The notes under the pieces: model-generated
Told to the model about the DNA's origin: nothing
The model's database searches: none
The model's input: only the letters and a program-made list of their open reading frames with translations
Shown: positions 35,257 to 44,902 of the stretch, one piece after another
Layout: each line of letters opens with the position of its first letter
How positions within the stretch are numbered: position 1 is the stretch's first letter
Position numbers and translations under genes: made by a program
NCBI GenBank assembly: GCA_964393905.1
Contig: CAYMWO010000001.1
Coordinates: 1 to 62,784, forward strand
DNA length: 62,784 nucleotides
Direction of reading: 5' to 3'
From: an uncultured Bdellovibrionales bacterium
Lineage (GTDB): Bacteria; Bdellovibrionota_C; UBA2361; SZUA-149; CAYMWO01

Positions 35257-35264
35257 TGTATAAT
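35257..35264 (+). promoter_or_regulatory. Extended -10 element (TGTATAAT), candidate promoter for the 35.3-kb gene
   Basis: TG-n-TATAAT at 35257-35264. No good -35 element. 70-170 nt upstream of the possible starts. Confidence 0.3.
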
Positions 35265-35335
35265 GTGCCCGGCATAATTTTATTAGGGTTAAAACCTGGA
35301 TAAGTCAAACCAGCCGGGGATAAATCAAGATTTTA

Positions 35336-35938
35336 TTGGGGATTATTTTGCAGCATCGGATACCAAGAACTGCCACTCGAAATCTGCTGCTTATTGCTAA
35401 GCGGAGTGGTAGTCATCTCTCTTCATGGATGAAGCCGCTCCTGGCCAATCCCGAGCTTCGGAAGAGCGCTACTGTCTGGAGCGTTCTCATTTTAAGTTAT
35501 TTTATGCCAATAGCATTGGCACCAGCTCAGAGAGAAACGACGAAGGCAGCTCCAACAGCTCCGGCAGTAACGCTTACTAGCCAGACCAACAATCAACATG
35601 GCCAGACTATTGTAAGTTCAGTGAAGGGGCTGTCTATAAGCACAGTCAATGCCTGTAAGAGCAATTTACCGTCGTATTATGAAAAATGTTCGCGCAAGGC
35701 TAGCACGTTGCTGGATGAGATTGGCGATCTTGCCAAACAAGAACTTTCGCAGGGGTTGAATTGGCTTGAGAGTACACTGGCATTGGCAGAGCAGGACCTT
35801 ACTAAGGTAATTCCGCTCGGAGATGATTCTCCGCTCAGGAGCGACGAAGCTTTTTATGGAGGCCGAAATCGGTATGTGATTGATCGGCATAAGGACAGGG
35901 ATGAAGACAGTAATCAAAGTTGGCTTTTTCAACTGTAG
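35336..35938 (+). CDS. Hypothetical secreted protein
   Basis: The ORF begins at TTG 35336. An internal Met at 35429 gives a signal-peptide-like start (MKPLLANPELRKSATVWSVLILSYFMPIALAPAQ). No family recognised. Confidence 0.45.
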   Translation: MGIILQHRIPRTATRNLLLIAKRSGSHLSSWMKPLLANPELRKSATVWSVLILSYFMPIALAPAQRETTKAAPTAPAVTLTSQTNNQHGQTIVSSVKGLSISTVNACKSNLPSYYEKCSRKASTLLDEIGDLAKQELSQGLNWLESTLALAEQDLTKVIPLGDDSPLRSDEAFYGGRNRYVIDRHKDRDEDSNQSWLFQL

Positions 35939-35959
35939 AATATTGCGAGAGAATCTCAT

Positions 35960-36412
35960 ATGAGCCCAATAAAGGACGTTGTGGTCAGGTATTTTGCGGT
36001 TTGTACCTTTTTAACCGCGTTTGCGGCCTGCCAAAAAGAACCGCCACATATTGCGGCTGAGGGGGCAAATGTAAGCGTTAAAATCGAAAATCACCAGCTT
36101 ACGCCTAGTGCAATTGAGCTCGAGCCCGGAACTACCGTTAACTGGATCAACGCAAGCTCCAAACCTGTGAGAGTTAAGTTCAAAATGAATGCTGTATCTA
36201 CTAGTTGTAAAGAACCACGCGGCTTTGTGCTCAACCCAAAAGGGGGTTTTATGTCTGGTGAGATTCAGGCCGGGGGGGTGGCCAGCCTATGCTTCTTAGA
36301 GAAGCAGAGTTACATTTACGAAGTGGATGAAGGCTCAGCCGCGGATGTTTCACCAGGTGAACTGGAGGCAAAAGCCGGCAATCGGTTGCAGGGGAAGGTC
36401 GAGGTCAATTAA
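35960..36412 (+). CDS. Putative lipoprotein, beta-rich (cupredoxin-like impression only)
   Basis: Lipobox-like LTAFAAC. VKIENHQLTPSAIELEPGTTVNWIN resembles cupredoxin-fold N-terminal strands, but no copper-ligand set is evident. Confidence 0.5.
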   Translation: MSPIKDVVVRYFAVCTFLTAFAACQKEPPHIAAEGANVSVKIENHQLTPSAIELEPGTTVNWINASSKPVRVKFKMNAVSTSCKEPRGFVLNPKGGFMSGEIQAGGVASLCFLEKQSYIYEVDEGSAADVSPGELEAKAGNRLQGKVEVN

Positions 36413-36884
36413 ACAACTTTCTAAATTTTCGAATTAGGGTGCTGACAAAACCCTTTCCTCTTGCCTTTTTCGCTGGGGTTAAGGTGTGACCCGAAAGAAT
36501 CCAGGCCGGATGAGTTGTCGGCTTCCACAACGATGAAAGTATCGTGCTGTTAGCTTTTCGTACATTACCGCACAGTTTTTGCTCTGCCTCAGGTGCTTGG
36601 TGATTAATCAGTCGCCAGAAGGCGTATCTCCCGCATGAGGAAGAAAAGCTGCAGCCCAGGAGAAATTGGGAATTGGAGTTCGAGTGGGAAATAGCGATTT
36701 CATAATCCCGTTCCCGCTCAAGAAGGAAATAATTGCTAAAAATCTCCATCCATAACTTGCGAGCCCTGAAGGCTGCCATTTCGTCTGCGTAACGACCAAA
36801 TAGAGCCACCCCATCGGCATCGAAGATCAGACCCTGCTTGTCACAACTGACTTCTAGCCTAAGGCTATTAATATCTACAGACAT
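36405..36884 (-). CDS. Hypothetical protein
   Basis: 159-aa ORF, convergent with and overlapping the previous gene by 8 nt. No motif recognised. Confidence 0.45.
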   Translation of the reverse strand: MSVDINSLRLEVSCDKQGLIFDADGVALFGRYADEMAAFRARKLWMEIFSNYFLLERERDYEIAISHSNSNSQFLLGCSFSSSCGRYAFWRLINHQAPEAEQKLCGNVRKANSTILSSLWKPTTHPAWILSGHTLTPAKKARGKGFVSTLIRKFRKLFN

Positions 36885-37216
36885 CGAAAACCTCTAAAAC
36901 CTTGCTCTAGCCCACAAGAAATTATGTAGTGTCTTAGGGGTGTTATTGATAAGAGCTAACTCCCCATAACGCTTAGTAGTTAGTCGGCATATAGAGGATA
37001 GCGCTTTAGTTTAATGAAGTTAGGCTTAATGAATTATCGCTTTGAGGGCCGATGAGGGGCAAATTGAGAAACTGGGGAGAAAGTGAAGTGTATACCTCCA
37101 GATTGAGCCCTAGAGGTACGGCGTTTCAAAACTGAGAGTTATCAAATATAAATTAGCATCGATTTAAGTCGGCCCTAGCCGATGCAGTAAACCAAAACCA
37201 ATAAGCAAAAGAGACT

Positions 37217-37888
37217 ATGTCGAGAGAATTAGATTATCTGGTAGGGGAAAGTGAAAATCGACCATCTTCCGGTTACGGAACAGGAGGCGGAAGTGGCAAG
37301 GAGCAATTCAGCGTTTCCAGCGGTTACGTCGTGCTGCTTGATCAGTTCATGTTGGGGAATCGTCAATTTGTATCCGAACTTCCTAATACTGATCTATCCG
37401 ACACCGATGCCGGAAATGTTTTAGACTCTAAACGGGTCGGTGGGCTTCAAGAGGTAGTTCACAAATATGGCGGTGTGGTTTTTAGCTTACCTGTTGGCAC
37501 CTATGATGTATTTCGCGAACCGCAGCAGATGGTAATTGCATTCTGTCCAAGCGAAAAGGCCAGCGAAATCGAAGATCCCTTAGCGACAATTCTGCAGGAG
37601 ATTTCAAATAACAAAGGTCAGCTTAAAGCGGTTGGTCGGGTGTTTGTTGACACCCGCTGCTTAGTAATCGCGGATCCGGTGAACATGCTCAATCAGGAGT
37701 TGCTGCAGAATTATCGTGGTCTCCGGGTGAATGGTCGCGAAAAGGAGGCCCGTGATTTATTGCGCTCAAAAGGGGCTGCTGTGCGTTACGGATTCCATAA
37801 ATATGGCGATGAGTTTGGGGTGTTTAAGATATCAGCACTTGATAGTTACGCTCTCTGGCCTGATGTAATCGATTCCGATCTCGAGTAA
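37217..37888 (+). CDS. Hypothetical protein (first gene of the GT2/oxidoreductase/deacetylase string)
   Basis: 223-aa ORF. Its stop lies 2-5 nt before the GT2 start. No motif recognised. Confidence 0.5.
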   Translation: MSRELDYLVGESENRPSSGYGTGGGSGKEQFSVSSGYVVLLDQFMLGNRQFVSELPNTDLSDTDAGNVLDSKRVGGLQEVVHKYGGVVFSLPVGTYDVFREPQQMVIAFCPSEKASEIEDPLATILQEISNNKGQLKAVGRVFVDTRCLVIADPVNMLNQELLQNYRGLRVNGREKEARDLLRSKGAAVRYGFHKYGDEFGVFKISALDSYALWPDVIDSDLE

Positions 37889-37890
37889 TT

Positions 37891-38643
37891 TTGATGCAAG
37901 TTACGGTAATGCTACCAGCCTATAATGAGGCGTCGGATATCAACTCGCTATTGTCTCGCATAGGCCAGGCGCTATGGGATCAACAGCTGGACTTTAAAAT
38001 TCTGGTAGTGGATGACGGCTCCCAGGATGAGACTGCAGATTTAGTTCGGGGCCAGGCCCAAACCTGGCCGATTGAGCTTCTTCAGCATCCAAAAAATATG
38101 GGTTTAGGAGCTGCCATTCGCACTGGATTAAAGGCGGCTATGACCGGAGACGGGGTAGTTGTGACAATGGATGCTGACAACTCGCACGATCCTAAGTTGA
38201 TCAGCTTGATGTTGGAACAGATCAAAGGTGGTTTCGATGTGGTCATTGCCTCCAGATTTCAGCCTGGAGCGGAGGTTATTGGTGTGCCTCTCCATCGAGT
38301 CCTCTTAAGTGAAGTGGCCAGCCGCATGATGAGGCTGCTTTTCCCATATAAGAACGCTCGCGATTATACCTGCGGCTATCGAGTATATCGCTGCTCTATA
38401 TTGAAGCAGTTGTCGGAGGCCTATGGCGACAACTTCGTAACGGAAAACGGTTTTGCCTGTATGTTTGAGATTCTTCTGAAGCTAAGGCAGATTGGTGCTC
38501 GCGTTACAGAGGTTCCAATGGTGCTTCGCTATGATCTGAAGACAGGGAATAGCAAAATGAAAATCTTTAGAACAATCGCCCGCTATGCTGTTGTTTCCTA
38601 TAGGGGAATATTGCCGCCCCCTGTTAAGACAAGCCGTAAGTAA
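37891..38643 (+). CDS. Family-2 glycosyltransferase, polyprenyl-phosphate sugar synthase type (Dpm1/ArnC-like)
   Basis: VTVMLPAYNE, ILVVDDGSQDET, N.GLGAAIRTG and VTMDADNSHDP (DxD) with a size of about 250 aa. Start is TTG 37891 or ATG 37894. Confidence 0.85.
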   Translation: MMQVTVMLPAYNEASDINSLLSRIGQALWDQQLDFKILVVDDGSQDETADLVRGQAQTWPIELLQHPKNMGLGAAIRTGLKAAMTGDGVVVTMDADNSHDPKLISLMLEQIKGGFDVVIASRFQPGAEVIGVPLHRVLLSEVASRMMRLLFPYKNARDYTCGYRVYRCSILKQLSEAYGDNFVTENGFACMFEILLKLRQIGARVTEVPMVLRYDLKTGNSKMKIFRTIARYAVVSYRGILPPPVKTSRK

Positions 38644-38669
38644 ATGACAATTAGAGGTCACCAAGATTA

Positions 38670-40007
38670 GTGTCGGATAAGATAGCCTCTCAGAACAAAA
38701 CAGAAGATCGAATTGCGGTAATCGGTGGTGGCATTGCTGGCATGGCTGCCGCCCATTTTTTAACTGAATCTGGGGCCAAAGTTACATTATTTGAGGCCTC
38801 CGATAAGCTAGGGGGTTTGGGAACCTTCTTCCCTTACCGAGACAAGTTTCTCGAGAAGTTTTATCACTGCGTTCTGCCGGGAGATAACGAGCTTCTGGAA
38901 ATTGTTAAATTTCTGAAGTTAGAATCTGACGTTTATTGGCGCACAGCGGAGTTCGGCTTTATTAGTAAGGGCCGCCTTTTTGGCCTCAATACTCCACTGG
39001 AACTCCTTAAATTTAAACTTTTACCTTTTAGCGATCGTATTCGAATCGGGTTAACCGCTCTATGGGGAAGTATTACACGAGGGAAGAAATTAGATCAGAT
39101 AACAACGGTTCAATGGCTTACAAATCTCTCCGGCAAGCGCGCATTCGAAGTTTTCTGGAAGCCAATGTTGCAAGCAAAATTTGGCAACCGTTATCACGAG
39201 GTACCGGCACTTTGGTTCTGGATGCGATTTAACCGTGAGAAAGGCACCAAGAAGGAGGTGAAGGGTTATATTCGCGGCGGCTACAAGCACCTAACCGATC
39301 GCCTTTCTGCCTCTCTAATTGAACGAGGAGCCGAGATTCATTTAAATGCTCCAATTAGCAGTCTCGATCTGGGAGAGGACGGAAAACCGGTAATTTCTAT
39401 TTCTGGCGAGGCCATTTCGTTTGATCGAGTCATCTTCTGCGCACCGCTCTTCTTTTTGCATAAAATGGCCGCTAAGGGTCGAATACTCGAGTGGACGAGA
39501 AGGGTTGATTCTTCGATTGATGCTCAAGGCGTGGTAAACGTGGTGCTACTATTGAAGCGAGCAATCACTCCGTATTACTGGGTGGCGGCGATAGATGAAG
39601 ATGTCCCGTTTCAGGGAATTGTTGAAAGCTCAGTCTTACTAGAGCGAGCGGATACAGCGGGATATCACCTTATATACTTAATGAACTACTGCCATCGCAC
39701 CGAGCCTCTGTTTCAAAGAGAAGATGGAGAGATTGCGGATGAGTATGTCGCGGGGCTTAGACGGCTTTTCCCTCAAATTGAGGAGTCGGATATTGTTGAA
39801 CGCTTTGTTTTTAAGGCTCCATTTGTTGAAACCCTGTATACCCTTGGATACTTGCAAAGAAAGCCTCCCGAAGAGCTTGTCCCCGGGCGTGTTTTTCTTG
39901 CTACGACATCTCAGGTCTACCCTGAGATTACCTCATGGGAGGGATCGACGAGATTGGCAAAAAAAGTATCGCAGCTCATTCTCGAGCGCAGTTCGGGTAA
40001 GACTTAG
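38670..40007 (+). CDS. FAD/NAD(P)-binding oxidoreductase (amine-oxidase / phytoene-desaturase-like fold)
   Basis: N-terminal dinucleotide-binding motif IAVIGGGIAGMAAAHFLTESGAKVTLFEASDKLGG. 445 aa. GTG start. Confidence 0.8.
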   Translation: MSDKIASQNKTEDRIAVIGGGIAGMAAAHFLTESGAKVTLFEASDKLGGLGTFFPYRDKFLEKFYHCVLPGDNELLEIVKFLKLESDVYWRTAEFGFISKGRLFGLNTPLELLKFKLLPFSDRIRIGLTALWGSITRGKKLDQITTVQWLTNLSGKRAFEVFWKPMLQAKFGNRYHEVPALWFWMRFNREKGTKKEVKGYIRGGYKHLTDRLSASLIERGAEIHLNAPISSLDLGEDGKPVISISGEAISFDRVIFCAPLFFLHKMAAKGRILEWTRRVDSSIDAQGVVNVVLLLKRAITPYYWVAAIDEDVPFQGIVESSVLLERADTAGYHLIYLMNYCHRTEPLFQREDGEIADEYVAGLRRLFPQIEESDIVERFVFKAPFVETLYTLGYLQRKPPEELVPGRVFLATTSQVYPEITSWEGSTRLAKKVSQLILERSSGKT

Positions 40008-40880
40008 ATGAAACTTGCGGGAATCAGCGTAGATGTCGATTCGGTAGCCTCCCACTTAAGAGGATACGGAATTTCTGATCCGGCACGAGACGAGAAGGCC
40101 TACACAGTAGCGTTGCCACGCGCACTAGAAATCTTTGCTATCTCAGGGATAAAAGCGACTTTTTTTGTGATTGTGGAAGAAGCGGAAAATCATCCAGAGC
40201 TTTTACGTGAAATCCTCCGAGAGGGACATGAAATTGCGTGCCACTCGCTTACACATCCAGTGCCGTTTGATATTTCCGATCCGGAGAATTCAAACCGTGA
40301 AATCCAGGAGTCTAAGACGCGATTAGAAGATGCCTGTGGCAGTCAAGTGTTCGGCTTTCGAGCACCAAGTTATTATTATTCGGAGCCCCTACTTGAAGCA
40401 CTTAAGAGAGCGGGATATCGCTACGACGCCTCCTTATTTCCATCCTGGATGTTAGCCGTGCTTCGGCACCAGGTTAGTAAACTTGGCGGGTTTGAAGGTG
40501 AAGGAGCTTTTTCTAGCGTGAGAAATATATTTCTCCCGGGAGAGCCTCACAAAACCAGGTGTGGGATTATAGAAATTCCTTTAACAACCACTCGTTGGGG
40601 ACAAATTCCGTATTACCACACCTTTCGCTACCTGCTTTCTCCTGCCTGGGCCTCGCTTATTGCAAGCTTTGCTGCAAAGCGCACAGGACCAATTAACTAT
40701 CTGTTTCACGCCGTCGATTTTCTCGGATTTTGGGAAGATGTTCTTGATTCAAGAATTCAAAAGCATCCAGGGATGGGGCTTAATCTAGAAGATAAGATCG
40801 CGCTTGTGCAGACAGCCCTAGCTGACCTCATTAAAGATCGCAGCGGTGTGACCCTAAACACGATAGCTGGTAGAGTATAG
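40008..40880 (+). CDS. Polysaccharide deacetylase-family (NodB-fold) protein, ArnD-like N-terminus
   Basis: ISVDVDS (compare ArnD RIDVDT), KATFFV, GHEIACHSLTH. The start abuts the stop of the previous gene. Confidence 0.8.
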   Translation: MKLAGISVDVDSVASHLRGYGISDPARDEKAYTVALPRALEIFAISGIKATFFVIVEEAENHPELLREILREGHEIACHSLTHPVPFDISDPENSNREIQESKTRLEDACGSQVFGFRAPSYYYSEPLLEALKRAGYRYDASLFPSWMLAVLRHQVSKLGGFEGEGAFSSVRNIFLPGEPHKTRCGIIEIPLTTTRWGQIPYYHTFRYLLSPAWASLIASFAAKRTGPINYLFHAVDFLGFWEDVLDSRIQKHPGMGLNLEDKIALVQTALADLIKDRSGVTLNTIAGRV

Positions 40881-40883
40881 CCT

Positions 40884-41417
40884 ATGAGACGCTTACTCCT
40901 CGCGCTATCGCTGCTCGTATTATTTTTTTTTCTCATACCCGCTCGTCATGGGGGGATTATTGCTGAAGACACTAAAAGGATTGTCGTGGGACCTCCCGCG
41001 GAGTTCGGTTCTGATAAGGTTAATTGGCGCGAGAAGAACGAATCCTATTGGCGCGAAGTGCTTAGTCCAGAACAAATAAGGGTTTGTCGACAGGCTGGAA
41101 CGGAACGACCATATTCCGGAGAGTACGCTACCTCAAAGAAGCCTGGCGTCTATCTCTGCTCAAGTTGCGGCTTGCCGCTATTTTCCTCGGATGCAAAATA
41201 CGAATCTGGGACCGGATGGCCGAGCTTTTTTCAGCCGATTAATCCTCAGGCGGTTGATCTGCGCGATGATAGCTCATGGTATATGACACGCACTGAGGTT
41301 CGATGCTCACGCTGTGGAGCACATTTAGGGCACGTTTTTAACGATGGGCCTGAGCCTACCGGTAAGCGCTACTGTATGAATTCAGTCTGTCTAGCTCTTA
41401 AACAGCCAAATACTTAG
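40884..41417 (+). CDS. msrB: Peptide-methionine (R)-S-oxide reductase with signal peptide
   Basis: CSSCG...GTGWPSF...[31 protein letters not shown] is the SelR signature. Hydrophobic N-terminal leader. Confidence 0.9.
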   Translation: MRRLLLALSLLVLFFFLIPARHGGIIAEDTKRIVVGPPAEFGSDKVNWREKNESYWREVLSPEQIRVCRQAGTERPYSGEYATSKKPGVYLCSSCGLPLFSSDAKYESGTGWPSFFQPINPQAVDLRDDSSWYMTRTEVRCSRCGAHLGHVFNDGPEPTGKRYCMNSVCLALKQPNT

Positions 41418-41422
41418 GAAAC

Positions 41423-44146
41423 ATGTCAAAACTCTATTTGGTTGATGGTTCGGGTTATATTTTCCGCGCCTATTACGCAATCGCACCGCTGACAAACAGT
41501 CGGGGCCTACCAACCAACGCGCTGTTTGGGTTTACGAGGATGTTTATCAAACTTCTTCGAGACTCAGGGGCTGAACACATTGCAGTTATGTTCGATATGG
41601 CTGAGCCGACATTTCGAAAAGCTTTGTACTCAGACTACAAAGCTAATCGTAAGGAGTGCCCCGAGGATCTCGTTCCACAGATGCCATACTTTCGAAAGAT
41701 TGTTGAAGCATTGGGTATTCGTTTGATGGAAAAGTCTGGCGTGGAAGCTGATGATATTATTGGAACGGTAGCCAAAAAATTCAGGGATAAAGTTGACGAG
41801 ATAGTTGTCGTAAGCGGGGACAAGGACCTTGCCCAACTTGTGGACGAGAAGATAACGGTCTGGGATCCAATGCGAGACGTATCTCTTAATCCTGCGGGGG
41901 TGAGAGAAAAGTTCGGAGTCACGCCTGAGCAGATTATTGATTATCTTGCGCTGACAGGGGACTCTTCCGATAACGTCCCAGGAGTCAAAGGCATTGGGCC
42001 AAAGACAGCAGTGGCGCTCATCAATCACTTCGGGACAGTTGAAAACATCATTAACTCCCTAGAAGAACTGGAATCAATCCCGGGACTTAGGGGCGCGGCT
42101 TCAATCAAGAAGAAGCTTGAATCAGACCCAGAGATGCTCCGTCTAAGCCGAAAGCTTGTGACGCTTGATTTGGAGGTCGAGCCTTTTAATAGCATTACCG
42201 ATCTTGAGGAATTTTCCTGGCGGGCTCCAAAGGCTGAACTTTTAACCCCGCTTTTTAAAGAACTAGAGTTTGAAAAAATTATCAGCTCGGTTCCGAATTT
42301 ATCAGCAGATGCGTTTAAGAATGCCCAGTCGAAAAGTGGTAATGATTTTAGAATCGTGACAGCCGAAACCTTCCCTCAGTTCGCTCAGTCAATTGTTGGC
42401 GTCCGGGAGTTCGCCTTTGATACTGAGACAACTAGTTTGGACCCATTAACTTGTGAGCTAGTTGGCATCTCTTTCTCTTGGGAAGAAGGTCGGGGGTATT
42501 TCCTACCATTATGTTTTGAAAGCGCTCCGGATAAGGTTTTAGAGGCAAAGGAAGTTCGCGAGAGTTTGGCCCCTGTATTTGCAGACTCGGATATTAAGAA
42601 AATTGGGCTTAATTGTAAGTTCGATCTAAGCGTGCTGGCGGCTAAGGGTTACGATGTGCAGGGCATCTCATTCGACTCTATGCTTGCATCATATGTTCTG
42701 AATCCAGATAAACGCCAACACTCATTGAGCGCTCTCTCTCGTATTTATCTTGGAGAGGAGATGCTTGAATTTAAGGAGCTTGTCGGCAAACTGGAGCATA
42801 TTGGCCAAGTCGAGTTGGAGAAGGTGGCCGAATATGCCTGCGCAGATGCTGAAACAGCCTGGCGTTTAAAAGGCGTGCTCGATCCTCTTTTGGGGCCAGA
42901 ATCCGCTGGTGATTTCTCTACGCGATATGTTTTTGAGAAGATCGAAATGCCTCTTATCCCGGTTCTTTCCCAGATGGAACGTACTGGTATAAAGGTGGAT
43001 GTTCCTTTTCTCCAACGGTTGGACACTGAATTTTCTTCTGCCCTGGAACATCTCGAAAAAGAGATTCAGGTGTTTGCCGGTCACGAATTCAACTTAAACT
43101 CTCCTAAGCAACTTAGTCAGGTCCTATACGATGAGCTTGGAATCCCCACACATGGGATTAAGAAAACCCAGGGTGGATACTCCACCGATGCGGGGGTCTT
43201 ATCTAAAATTGCAGATCAACACCCGATTGTGGAACGAATCCTCGAATATCGTGAAATTTTCAAACTGAAAACAACTTACGTTGATGCTTTACAAAGGCTA
43301 AGAGATCCTAAAACTGACCGCATTCACACCTCCTATAATCAGGCAGTTGCAGCGACTGGGCGGCTTAGTTCAAGTGATCCAAATTTGCAGAACATTCCCA
43401 TCCGAAATCCTAGGGGTCGCCAGCTCCGAAAGGCGTTCATCGCGGAGAATGGCTATAAGTTTATCTCGGCTGATTATTCTCAAATTGAGCTCCGTCTTTT
43501 GGCGCATCTCTCGGGAGATGCGAATTTACAAAGGGCATTTATCCAAGGAGAGGATATTCACCTAAAAACTGCGCAGGAGATTTTTGGGACTACGGGTCTT
43601 GCAGGAGAGGAGCTGAGCCGTCTACGGCGCGTGGCCAAGACTATCAATTTTGGAATTATTTACGGCATCAGCGCATTTCGGCTCTCTGGTGAACTAGGCG
43701 TAAGTAGGGCCCAAGCTCAGAGATATATTGATGATTATTTTGCGCGTTATCCCAAAGTCCAAAAGTACTTCGACTCCCTTACTGAAAAATCTGAAAGACT
43801 AGGGTATGTTGAGACGCTGTTCGGGAGACGGAGGTTTCTTAAGGATATTGATATAAGTGGCCGTGACGCTGGTTACGCAAATCGCTCCTTAATTAATGCA
43901 CCTATCCAGGGAACGGCGGCGGAGGTCATTAAACTGGCGATGATCAACTTGCATCGCCGGATTGCTGAGTTCGGCGCGAGGGCACGCATGGTGCTCCAAG
44001 TTCATGACGAACTAGTTTTTGAAGTAGCGGAGCCATTAGTTGCAGAACTTCAACCCCTAATTGTGGAGGGGATGGAGCGAGCGGTGGAGCTCAGTGTGCC
44101 ACTTAAGGTTGATGTTCGTGTCGGCGCGACCTGGGGGGAGGAATGA
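41423..44146 (+). CDS. polA: DNA polymerase I
   Basis: 907 aa with a 5'-3' exonuclease N-terminus (LYLVDGSGYIFRAYYA), a 3'-5' exo region (FAFDTETTSLD) and polymerase motifs (DYSQIELR, RR.AK.INFG.IYG, QVHDELVFE). Confidence 0.95.
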   Translation: MSKLYLVDGSGYIFRAYYAIAPLTNSRGLPTNALFGFTRMFIKLLRDSGAEHIAVMFDMAEPTFRKALYSDYKANRKECPEDLVPQMPYFRKIVEALGIRLMEKSGVEADDIIGTVAKKFRDKVDEIVVVSGDKDLAQLVDEKITVWDPMRDVSLNPAGVREKFGVTPEQIIDYLALTGDSSDNVPGVKGIGPKTAVALINHFGTVENIINSLEELESIPGLRGAASIKKKLESDPEMLRLSRKLVTLDLEVEPFNSITDLEEFSWRAPKAELLTPLFKELEFEKIISSVPNLSADAFKNAQSKSGNDFRIVTAETFPQFAQSIVGVREFAFDTETTSLDPLTCELVGISFSWEEGRGYFLPLCFESAPDKVLEAKEVRESLAPVFADSDIKKIGLNCKFDLSVLAAKGYDVQGISFDSMLASYVLNPDKRQHSLSALSRIYLGEEMLEFKELVGKLEHIGQVELEKVAEYACADAETAWRLKGVLDPLLGPESAGDFSTRYVFEKIEMPLIPVLSQMERTGIKVDVPFLQRLDTEFSSALEHLEKEIQVFAGHEFNLNSPKQLSQVLYDELGIPTHGIKKTQGGYSTDAGVLSKIADQHPIVERILEYREIFKLKTTYVDALQRLRDPKTDRIHTSYNQAVAATGRLSSSDPNLQNIPIRNPRGRQLRKAFIAENGYKFISADYSQIELRLLAHLSGDANLQRAFIQGEDIHLKTAQEIFGTTGLAGEELSRLRRVAKTINFGIIYGISAFRLSGELGVSRAQAQRYIDDYFARYPKVQKYFDSLTEKSERLGYVETLFGRRRFLKDIDISGRDAGYANRSLINAPIQGTAAEVIKLAMINLHRRIAEFGARARMVLQVHDELVFEVAEPLVAELQPLIVEGMERAVELSVPLKVDVRVGATWGEE

Positions 44147-44880
44147 TCATGGGAGCCTCCTGTTTAGATACAGTTAGACTTAATTTGGATTTAAAGGTGG
44201 ATTCTATCGCAAGGGATGTTCCCATATCTGCGCAAGTAGAAACTGATGAGGATCGGGAGCTCGTGCGGCGAGTTAAGGCCGGCGATGTCCTTGCGTTTCG
44301 TGAACTGGTGGAGCGCTATCAAAAGCGAGCCCATGCAATTGCTATGGGAATAGTCGGCTCCTATGCTGATGCAGAGGATGTAGTTCAGGACGCCTTCCTT
44401 AAAGCTTATAGAAATATTTCTTTTTTTCGTGAGGAGTCGAGTTTTTATACTTGGCTCTATCGGATCGTCTATAACTTAGCGATTGATTACGGCCGCAAGA
44501 AATATCGCCATGTTGAGTCATCTGTTGGTGACTCGGTAATGTTGGATACTTCGCTGCAAAAGGCCCAAAAAGCCTCAAGCCCAGCCGTAGGCAGGGCTGA
44601 GAATCCCGACGAAAGTCTTACTCGGAGGGAGCTAGGCGAGGAGATTTCAAAGGCTCTAGCCGAGCTAAGCCCTGATCATCGGGCGGTAATAGTGCTGCGT
44701 GAAATCGAGGGACTTTCTTACTCGGAGATAAGTGACCTAATCGGCTGCTCTAAAGGGACTGTGATGAGTCGGCTACATCACGCGCGAAAGAAGTTACAGA
44801 AATCGCTAGGACGTTTTCTAAGCTCAGAAAACGAAAATTTTGATAATAACAGCGGCCCACTTTTGGTTGCTAAGAAGTGA
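44143..44880 (+). CDS. rpoE: ECF (sigma-24/RpoE-like) RNA polymerase sigma factor
   Basis: Region 2 (AF.ELVERYQKRAHAIA......DAEDVVQDAFLKAYRNI..F) and region 4 (REIEGLSYSEISDLIGCSKGTVMSRLHHARKKL). Its ATG overlaps the polA stop (ATGA). Confidence 0.88.
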   Translation: MIMGASCLDTVRLNLDLKVDSIARDVPISAQVETDEDRELVRRVKAGDVLAFRELVERYQKRAHAIAMGIVGSYADAEDVVQDAFLKAYRNISFFREESSFYTWLYRIVYNLAIDYGRKKYRHVESSVGDSVMLDTSLQKAQKASSPAVGRAENPDESLTRRELGEEISKALAELSPDHRAVIVLREIEGLSYSEISDLIGCSKGTVMSRLHHARKKLQKSLGRFLSSENENFDNNSGPLLVAKK

Positions 44881-44902
44881 AGTTAACTTACTGGGATAAG
44901 GA

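Noticed and set aside
35147-35335. FMN (RFN) riboswitch upstream of the RibBA-like gene
   Set aside because: No conserved RFN core sequences are visible on the minus strand. This fits the protein being non-catalytic, but absence judged by eye is weak evidence.
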